Source: Terriglobia bacterium
Lineage (GTDB): Bacteria; Acidobacteriota; Terriglobia; Acidiferrales; UBA7541
Assembly (NCBI GenBank): GCA_963781055.1
Contig: CAWAEW010000031.1
Span: 16,366-48,365 of the forward strand
Direction: 5' to 3'
Length of the DNA: 32,000 nucleotides
The notes beneath the pieces were generated by a model. The model worked only from the letters and a program-made list of their open reading frames with translations. It did not search any database and had not been told where the DNA came from. This document shows positions 16,790 to 23,895 of the stretch, piece after piece. Every line of letters begins with the position of its first letter. The stretch's first letter is position 1. A program made the translations under genes and the position numbers.

Positions 16790-17702
16790 TATCCCGGGTA
16801 AGCCGCGCGAAGCGCGCGCGGGCAATGAACAGCATTTTTTCCGCTTTACTCAGACGGACGCGCTCGCCGAACACCGCAAAGTCGACCGATTCCATGCGGG
16901 CAAGCAGGGCGCTGTACGTGTGCACCAGGAGCCAGAGCGCGCCGCGGCTGTCCGCGTCCACCAGATCGAATAGTTCAGAGGATTCTTCGTAAATCCGCCA
17001 GGCGCGATCGGCTTCGAAGCGCAGAAGCTCGCGGACACCGAGCGTGGCTTCGTTGCGCGAAAAATCTTCCGGCGAAACGCCGTACCGCGCGAGATCCTCC
17101 TCGGGGATGTAAACGCGGCCGAGGGCGGCATCTTCATGGACATCACGAATGATGTTCGTAAGCTGAAACGCCAGGCCAAGTCTCTCGGCGAGGTCGAGGG
17201 CCCGGGGATCACTATAACCAAAAACATGCGTGCAGGTGAGTCCCACAGTTCCGGCAACGCGGTAGCAATACTCGCGGAGTCGGTCAAAGGTCGCATAGGA
17301 CTTGACGGTGAGGTCCATTTCCGCGCCGGAGATCAAATCATGCAGATAGCGCGCAGGCATGTTGTAGCGGCGCATGGTATCGACCAAAGCCGGCAGGACT
17401 TCCCTTTCACCGCAAAGAGTTTCCCCAGGCAGGGGCTTGGCGGCCGCGCCATCGAAAACCTGGGAACGCCCGGTGACCGCTTCATCAAACGCCGCGCGCC
17501 ACTTGGCGAGTCCGCGCTGTTTGGTTTCGAGATCTTCGCCTTCGTCGGCGACGTCATCGACCAGGCGCATGAAAGCGTAGAGTGCGGCAAGGCCATCGCG
17601 CTTGGATTTCGGGAGCAGATAGAATGCGTAATAGAAATTGCTGCGGGCGGCGCGAGCGATCCGGTGGCAATTCTCGTACGACCGCGCGACCTCGTTCGTC
17701 AT
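16719..17702 (-). CDS. hpnD: Presqualene diphosphate synthase HpnD (squalene/phytoene synthase family)
   Basis: ATG 17702 gives MTNEVARSYENCHRIARAARSNFYYAFYLLPKSKRDGLAALYAFMRLVDDVADEG...YCYRVAGTVGLTCTHVFG...QLTNIIRDVHEDAALGRVYIP, with both Asp-rich motifs. As sequenced, the stop at 16719 overlaps hpnE by 71 nt. An alternative frame ends in TAATG exactly at the hpnE ATG (16789-16791). Confidence 0.85.
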   Translation of the reverse strand: MTNEVARSYENCHRIARAARSNFYYAFYLLPKSKRDGLAALYAFMRLVDDVADEGEDLETKQRGLAKWRAAFDEAVTGRSQVFDGAAAKPLPGETLCGEREVLPALVDTMRRYNMPARYLHDLISGAEMDLTVKSYATFDRLREYCYRVAGTVGLTCTHVFGYSDPRALDLAERLGLAFQLTNIIRDVHEDAALGRVYIPEEDLARYGVSPEDFSRNEATLGVRELLRFEADRAWRIYEESSELFDLVDADSRGALWLLVHTYSALLARMESVDFAVFGERVRLSKAEKMLFIARARFARLTRDNVLEKRDRDRRRPGGTFLGRRAG

Positions 17703-18705
17703 GCCAAGCGGACCCGCGACCGCATGGGAAGGCAGACATCCACCTTCGACAATGGCGGGTCGCAGCGGCGCGGCAGAGGGCGAAGGCGCGGGCGCATGGT
17801 CGCGAACAAACAGGTGTTGAATGAGAGCGCGCGCAAGCAACAGCGCCTGCTTTGATTTTGGAATCGACGGCCGGCGCTGCAGCGTGTTGTAACCGGCGGC
17901 CTCGATGGCGTCCAGCACGGCCAGCCCGCCGCGGCTGAACATCTCGATGTCCACGCGCATTGCGGAATCGATGGTGCGGGCCAGCGGCAGGCCTTGGTCG
18001 AACAATTCGCGCGTGCGTGAAATTAAATCCTTCATCAGCGAAACGTACCGCGCATCGAAGCGGCGCGCGACAATGTCATCTTCCGTGAGGCCGTGCGCCG
18101 CGAGCGTTTCCAGGGGAATATAAATGCGGCCCTTCTCAAGATCGCGGGACACATCCTGCCAAAAATTCGCCAGTTGCAGCGCCGTGCAGGTCGCGTCGGA
18201 AAGTTTCTGCCGCTCGGCATCGCGATACCCGCACAAATACAAGACCAGACGGCCGACCGGATTCGCGGAATAGCGGCAATACTCGAGCACTCCATTCCAG
18301 GTGGCGTAGCGGTGAACGGTCTGGTCCTGGCGAAACGCGACGAGCAGATCCGAGAACGGCTCGATAGGAATATCGCACGCGGCAATGGTGCCGCTGCAGC
18401 GCGATGAACACGGGGTGCGACGCCCGGCCCGCGTAGCAGTCGCGAAGTTCCTGTTCCCACTCACCCAGCAATTCGAGCGCCCTCGCGGGATCGGAAACTT
18501 CGTCTCCCAGATCGTCCGCCCAGCGGCAATAGGAATAGAGATTATAAAAATGCTGGTGGAGGCGTTTGGGAAGCAGCCAGGAAACCACGTTGAAATTTTC
18601 GTAGTGGTGAGTGGCCAGCCAGCGCGTGTAGCGCTCGGCCTCCGCGACCGTGCAGCCGGACGCAGGCGCATTCCGGGCAATTTCGAGTTCAGCAGGATTT
18701 TGCAT
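17699..18705 (-). pseudogene. hpnC: Hydroxysqualene synthase HpnC (squalene/phytoene synthase family); one clear +1 frameshift, and no in-frame stop before hpnD as sequenced
   Basis: ATG 18705 gives MQNPAELEIARNAPASGCTVAEAERYTRWLATHHYENFNVVSWLLPKRLHQHFYNLYSYCRWADDLGDE...HPVFIALQR, then shifts at ~18388-18394 into TIAACDIPIEPFSDLLVAFRQDQTVHRYATWNGVLEYCRYSANPVGRLVLYLCGY...LQLANFWQDVSRDLEKGRIYIP (inside track ORF 16719..18680). That frame runs straight into hpnD. The +1 frame instead ends in an ATGA overlap with the hpnD ATG (17699-17702). Confidence 0.85.
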
Positions 18706-18768
18706 GTTGCTCGACCGGCCGCCGGAGAGCCCGGCGCGGCCCGAACGATCCCGTGCGGACGCGGGCTG

Positions 18769-19804
18769 CTACGGGATCACCGCGACTTTCATTTCGCCGT
18801 TGCGATGCTTCATGTGCTCGAACATTTTGGGAAGTTCGGTGAGCGGAATTTCGGCGTTCACAAAATCACTCGAACGAATTTCGCCGCGCGACACCGATTC
18901 CAGAGCTTCCCGGATGAACTGCGGCGTGTGATGGAACGTGGACTTGATCGTGATTTCCGAATAGTGGAGCGTGTTCGGGTCCACCGGCACGAGCGTGCCC
19001 CGCGGGCAGCCGCCAAACAGATTGACGGTGCCGCCGCGGCGCACCATCTGCAGCGCCCATTCCCACGTTTGCGAGGTTCCCACCGCCTCAATCACCGAAT
19101 CGGCGCCGCGCCCGTGCTCGGTCAGTTCGCGAACGGTTTTGATCGGGTCGGAAAGATCCGGCGCGATAAAGGCGGCGCGCGCGCCGGCCTTCTCGGCGGC
19201 GCGAACCTGATTCGGTTCTCTTGCCGAGCGCGATCACCTTCACGCCCCGGCCGGACAAAATGCGAATGAATTTCAGGCCGATCGGCCCGCAGCCGATCAC
19301 AATCGTGGTGTCGCCCGGCTGTATGCCGGTCTCGTGAATTCCGCGAAGCACGCAGGCCAGCGGCTCAACCATCGCGGCATCCTGAAAGGAAACGTGTTCC
19401 GGGATCACCAGCATGTTCTGGCGGACGATGCGGCCCGGGATGCGCATGTATTCGGCGTAGGCGCCGTTGTTGAACAGCAAATCCTCGCACAGATTGCTTT
19501 GCCCCTTGCGGCAAAACAGGCAGATGTTGCAGGGCGCCGAATTCGATGGCACCACGCGAGCGCCGACGGCAAGGCCGCCGATCACGTCGGAACCCAGTTG
19601 TTCGACGACGCCGGCAAGTTCGTGCCCGAAGACGGCGGGCGGCGTAATCATTCGCGCGTGGTATCCGCGTTTCCAGACTTTCAGGTCGGTGCCGCACGTC
19701 AGGGCTACCTTGACGCGGAGCAACGCTTCATCCGCCGCGAGTCTGGGGATGTCCACGCTCTCTATTTTGAGATTCTCGCTGCCATAGAGAACCGCAGCGG
19801 TCAT
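18769..19804 (-). pseudogene. Zn-dependent alcohol dehydrogenase (MDR superfamily, threonine/sorbitol-DH-like), ADH-1; +1 frameshift as sequenced
   Basis: N-terminal part (track ORF 19088..19858): MTAAVLYGSENLKIESVDIP...LTCGTDLKVWKRG...GHELAGVVEQLG...SAPCNICLFCRKGQSNLCE (structural Zn Cys4) ...VIGCGPIGLKFIRILSGRGVKVIALGKR. The next frame continues PNQVRAAEKAGARAAFIAPDLSDPIKTVRELTEHGRGADSVIEAVGTSQTWEWALQMVRRGGTVNLFGG...MKVAVIP* (track ORF 18769..19095). Removing one A at ~19216-19217 joins them. An alternative start, ATG 19855, overlaps the ADH-2 stop as TGATG. Confidence 0.85.
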
Positions 19805-19854
19805 GTGACCGTTGCGCCCGCTCTTCTTTTCGCTTCGTAACTCTTCGGTTCGCA

Positions 19855-20958
19855 TCAAGGATGCATCACCACTTTCAAGGAATCTCCTACCGGCCGGGCG
19901 GCCAGTTGCAACGCCCGGTCCATATCTTCCAACGAAAAACGATGTGAGATCAATTCGCGCACCGGCAACTGCCGCGAAAAGATCAGCCGGGCGGATTCCT
20001 CCTGGCGGTCCACCGCGGCGCTATAGCTTCCCAGAATTTCCTTCTCTTCGACGCCCACCGCGGCCGCCGGAAACTCGATCTTCATCTGCGGATCGTTTTG
20101 GGCGAACAGCAGAACGCGCCCTCCGGGCCGGGCCAAGGCCAGGGCATCGGTCAACGCGGAAGGAATCGGCACGGCAACCAGCACGACGTCGGCGCCGCGC
20201 CCTCCGGTCTGTGCACGAATTTCGTCCGCAAGCAGGCCGTCGCGCGGATTCAAAGCCAGATCGGCGCCCAGCGACTCGCTCTTCGCGCGGCGCTCCGGCA
20301 TCGGATCGCTGCCGATAACGGAAGCGCCCCGAAGCTTCGAAAGCATCATCAGGAGCAAGCCAATCGGCCCAAGCCCCATCACCAGGACGGTCTCTCCCGC
20401 TTCCACGCGAGCCTTTTCCACGGCCTTAATGCACGTATTGACGGGCTCGATAAACGTGGCTTCATCGAAGCTGATATTTTCCGGAATGGCCACCATCCCG
20501 CGCTCGGCGACCCACGGCATGGCCCGCACAAACTGCGCAAACCCGCCGCCATTGGGATCGAAGCCCGCCGTCAATCCCACTTTCTTGTAGCCGGGGCATT
20601 GCGAATACAATCGCCGGGCGCAGTAAAAACACGCGCCGCACGGAACGTGATGAAAGCTCATGACGCGGTCGCCCAGCTTCCATTTTGTCACGCCGGCGCC
20701 CACGGCCACCACGGTTCCCGAAACTTCGTGCCCGAAAATTTGAGGGGCGGCCACAAATCCATGCTCGATCTTTTTGATATCGGTGCCGCAAATTCCGCAG
20801 GCCGCCACGCGGATCAGCACTTCCCCATCCGCGATCACCGGCACGGGAACGGTTTCGACGACGACGCGTCCCTTGCCGCGGTACACGGCCGCGCGCATCG
20901 TGGCCGGCACCAGCGGCGGCGTAAACGAAGTTTCGAGTATGGTTCCCCACTGGCTCAT
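19855..20958 (-). CDS. Zn-dependent alcohol dehydrogenase (MDR superfamily), ADH-2
   Basis: ATG 20958 overlaps the hpnG stop as ATGA (20955-20958). MRAAVYRGKGRVVVETVPVP...AACGICGTDIKKIEHG, GHEVSGTVVAVG, HHVPCGACFYCARRLYSQC (structural Zn site), VMGLGPIGLLLMML (Rossmann GxGxxG). The frame is intact. Confidence 0.9.
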   Translation of the reverse strand: MSQWGTILETSFTPPLVPATMRAAVYRGKGRVVVETVPVPVIADGEVLIRVAACGICGTDIKKIEHGFVAAPQIFGHEVSGTVVAVGAGVTKWKLGDRVMSFHHVPCGACFYCARRLYSQCPGYKKVGLTAGFDPNGGGFAQFVRAMPWVAERGMVAIPENISFDEATFIEPVNTCIKAVEKARVEAGETVLVMGLGPIGLLLMMLSKLRGASVIGSDPMPERRAKSESLGADLALNPRDGLLADEIRAQTGGRGADVVLVAVPIPSALTDALALARPGGRVLLFAQNDPQMKIEFPAAAVGVEEKEILGSYSAAVDRQEESARLIFSRQLPVRELISHRFSLEDMDRALQLAARPVGDSLKVVMHP

Positions 20959-21707
20959 CGCACGGCCACCGTATCCTGCTCGATCGGAATGAGTCGATCG
21001 GCAAGGGTTCCCGTAAAAACGTCCAGGAAATTCGAAAGCTGGTTGGATGCCGCCCGGCAATCGCGCGCCAGAGCGAGCAGCGCCGGCAAACCGAACGGGC
21101 GGCGCAACACCTGAGCGACCACTCCGCCCACGCGAATCTGGCCGCGCGCATCGCGCACGCTCTCAAAATCGTATGGCATATCGAACTCGGCGGTGTCGCT
21201 GATCGCGCGCACGGCGAGCGCAGGCACTCCGTAGCGCGCCGCTTCCGCCAGAATCGTGTAACTTTCCATTTCCACGGCTTCCGCCTGGCTTCCCAGCTTG
21301 CGTTTATGTTCCGCGCGGGCCACCAGCGTTCGCGACGTCGCGAAGCGCTCGACTTGGCGCGCGCCGCAATCCACGGCCGTTGAAAGCAACTCGCGATGGC
21401 TGGCTACCGCTACCGGTTCGCCCACTTCACTTACCAGGCGCGCCGCCAGGATGTCCCCCGGACGATATCCGTTTTGCAATGCGCCCGCCAGCCCGGTCGA
21501 TATGCAAATGTCGGGCCTCGACGGAAGCACCTGCCGGATCGCTTCCAGCGCATGGGATTGTCCCATGCCCGTCAGAATAGCGCGGACCCGGGCGCCGCCA
21601 AACTGAGATTCGAAGACAGGCCAGTCCCCCGGCAGGCGGCGAAATTTCCTGCGCCGCTGCCACGGCGAAAATTCCGCCTGGACCGCGAATGTCACCAATA
21701 TATTCAT
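20955..21707 (-). CDS. hpnG: Hopanoid-associated phosphorylase/nucleosidase HpnG (PNP_UDP_1 family)
   Basis: MNILVTFAVQAEF...RVRAILTGMGQSHALEA...ICISTGLAGAL...AEAVEMESYTILAEAARYGVPALAVRAISD is an MTA/SAH-nucleosidase-like fold, located between hpnA and the hpn genes. The start is ATG 21707 or GTG 21719. Confidence 0.8.
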   Translation of the reverse strand: MNILVTFAVQAEFSPWQRRRKFRRLPGDWPVFESQFGGARVRAILTGMGQSHALEAIRQVLPSRPDICISTGLAGALQNGYRPGDILAARLVSEVGEPVAVASHRELLSTAVDCGARQVERFATSRTLVARAEHKRKLGSQAEAVEMESYTILAEAARYGVPALAVRAISDTAEFDMPYDFESVRDARGQIRVGGVVAQVLRRPFGLPALLALARDCRAASNQLSNFLDVFTGTLADRLIPIEQDTVAVR

Positions 21708-21723
21708 GGCCACGGACACTCAA

Positions 21724-22749
21724 CTACGCCGCATGGGCGCGTGCGACAGGTTGCGCCCCCCTGGCAGCGATATACCCGTTCGATTCATACCAACGCGCCG
21801 CGCGTTCCATCGCGGCCTCGATCGGCCCGGGCGCGAAACCAAGCTCCCGCCCGGCCTTGGACGCATCCACAAACATTTTGTGCCGCGCCATGCGCACGCC
21901 TTCCAGCGGAATCCGCGGCTCGCGCCCCAGCATTCGCGACACCGCCGTATCCACGCATCCTGCAGCATATGCCAAAGCGTGGGGAAATTTCCATTGCGGC
22001 GCGCGCCGCCCGGTGATCCCGGCGAGAATGTCGAGCATGCCCTTCAGCGTCAGATTGACGCCTCCGAGGATATACCGCTCGCCGATGCGGCCGCGTTCGG
22101 CGGCGAGCAGGTGTCCCCGCGCGCAATCTTCCACCGGAACAAAGTTCAATCCCGTATCCACGTAGCCCGGCATGCGCCCGTTCATAAAATCGACGATGAT
22201 CTTTCCGGTCGGCGTGGGTTTCCAGTCTCCCGGTCCCACGGGCGTTGTCGGGTTGACGATGACCACCGGCAGCCCCGCTCCCGCCGCGCGCAAGGCGCAT
22301 TCTTCGGCCATGAATTTCGATCGCTTGTAGTGGCCAATCATTTCATCGACCGAAGACTGCGTTGCTTCGTTCGGCAATTCTCCCTTGCGGGGAACGGCCA
22401 CCGTCGCGACGGTGCTCGTATAAACGAACTTTTCAACTCCCGCACGCCGCGCGGCTTCCAGCAGATTCTGCGTGCCGGTCACATTCGATTCGTAAATCTC
22501 TCGCGGGTCGCGCGCCCAAAGCCTGTAATCGGCAGCTACATGATAGATGCGCGTAACACCCGCAAGGGCACGTTCCAGCGACGCGACATCCCGCAAATCC
22601 CCGGTAACGCGCTCTGCCCCGAGCCCTTCGAGAGCGCGAACGTCGCTCGACGGCCTGGCCAGTACGCGGACATCTTCCCCCCGATCAACCAGTTGGCGGG
22701 CAACGTGGCTTCCCAGGAAGCCGGTCGCCCCTGTAACCAGCGTCTTCAT
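21724..22749 (-). CDS. hpnA: Hopanoid-associated NAD-dependent sugar epimerase/dehydratase family protein HpnA
   Basis: MKTLVTGATGFLGSHVARQLVDRGEDVRVLAR (TGxxGxxG), an active-site YxxxK within IGHYKRSKFMAE, 341 aa. The ATG overlaps the hpnH stop as ATGA (22746-22749). Confidence 0.85.
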   Translation of the reverse strand: MKTLVTGATGFLGSHVARQLVDRGEDVRVLARPSSDVRALEGLGAERVTGDLRDVASLERALAGVTRIYHVAADYRLWARDPREIYESNVTGTQNLLEAARRAGVEKFVYTSTVATVAVPRKGELPNEATQSSVDEMIGHYKRSKFMAEECALRAAGAGLPVVIVNPTTPVGPGDWKPTPTGKIIVDFMNGRMPGYVDTGLNFVPVEDCARGHLLAAERGRIGERYILGGVNLTLKGMLDILAGITGRRAPQWKFPHALAYAAGCVDTAVSRMLGREPRIPLEGVRMARHKMFVDASKAGRELGFAPGPIEAAMERAARWYESNGYIAARGAQPVARAHAA

Positions 22750-23886
22750 AGCACTCGTAATCTGCCGTCCGAAGAAACCAGGTCCGGTGTCGACGGCGGT
22801 GGAGGCATCAGCGTGGAACCTCCCCCGGTAGAGCCGCCGGTGGGACTAATGCTTCCGGCTTTTTCAGGATGGCCGCCCATCTTCCCCGAAAGCTGCCATT
22901 TCAGCATGGTCCAGGTATCGCCCAAATTCCGCTTCGCGCCCAGCACCGGCGTGGTTTCAAATCCCACGTGCATCATGCAATCGGCGCAGCGCGGATCATT
23001 TCCCGGCCCGTAATTTTCCCAAGGTGTTTGATTCACCATCTCGCGGTACGATTCATGATGGTTATCGGTGATGACGTAGCAGGGACCTTTCCACCCGCGC
23101 GGGTTATACGTAGGGCGTTCCCCAGGCCGTGCACTCCAGTTCGCGCTCTCCCCGCAAAAAGTCGAGATAAATGGGGGAAACCATCAGGTTGTGTTTATCG
23201 AGCAGGGACACCGCTTCGCGGAATTTTTCGCGAATGTCCGCGCGCGACATGAAAATGTCCGTCGTCTGCACCGCCGCGTAGCCGTACGCCGGCGCGAGCA
23301 TGAATCCATCCACGCCCAGCGTGTCCAGATAGGCGTACAGGTCGGAAATCTCGTTCAGGTCCGTCTCCTTGTAGATCGTGGTGTTCGAGCAGACCAGGAA
23401 TCCGGCGGCCTTGGCGGCCTTGATTCCCTCGATGGCCTCGCGGAACACGCCGTCCCTCTCCACGCAAAGATCGTGCGTCCTCTCCAGCCCATCCAGGTGG
23501 ACGTTGAAGAAGAAGCTGGAGGTCGGCTTGAATTCATGGAGCCGTTTGCGGATAAACATGCCATTGGTGCACAAAATAATGTGGCGCCCGCGGTCCAGAA
23601 TTTCCCGCGTCAGCCTGCCGATTTCCGGATAAATCATGGGTTCGCCGCCGCAAATCGAGACCACCGGCGCTCCGCATTCATCCGAAGCGGCAACGCACTG
23701 CTCGACCGGCATGACTTCGCTGATCGTGGACTTATACTCGCGGATCCTGCCGCATCCGGTGCACGTCAAGTTGCACGAGTGCAACGGCTCCAGCATCAAT
23801 ACCATCGGAAACTTTTGCGCGCCTCGGAAACGTTGCGTGGCCACATATTTTGCGAGGTTCGCGGTCATTTTCAGCGGATATCTCAA
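22746..23886 (-). pseudogene. hpnH: Adenosylhopane synthase HpnH (radical SAM); +1 frameshift as sequenced
   Basis: TTG 23886 has GGAGAG 5 nt upstream. ...FPMVLMLEPLHSCNLTCTGCGRIREY (CxxxCxxC radical-SAM cluster) ...ECTAWGTP then stops. The next frame continues TYNPRGWKGPCYVITDNHHESYREMVNQTPWENYGPGNDPRCADCMMHVGFE... (track ORF 22746..23039). Removing one C from CCC (plus-strand GGG 23113-23115) joins them. Confidence 0.9.
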
Positions 23887-23895
23887 TTCACTCTC

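Noticed and set aside
1292-23115. Programmed +1 ribosomal frameshifting or recoding as an explanation for the recurrent +1 shifts.
   Set aside because: There is no shared slippery or stimulatory motif at the sites. The genes are unrelated and not known to be recoded. Nearly all sites are simple homopolymer length differences, so a technical indel is the more economical explanation.
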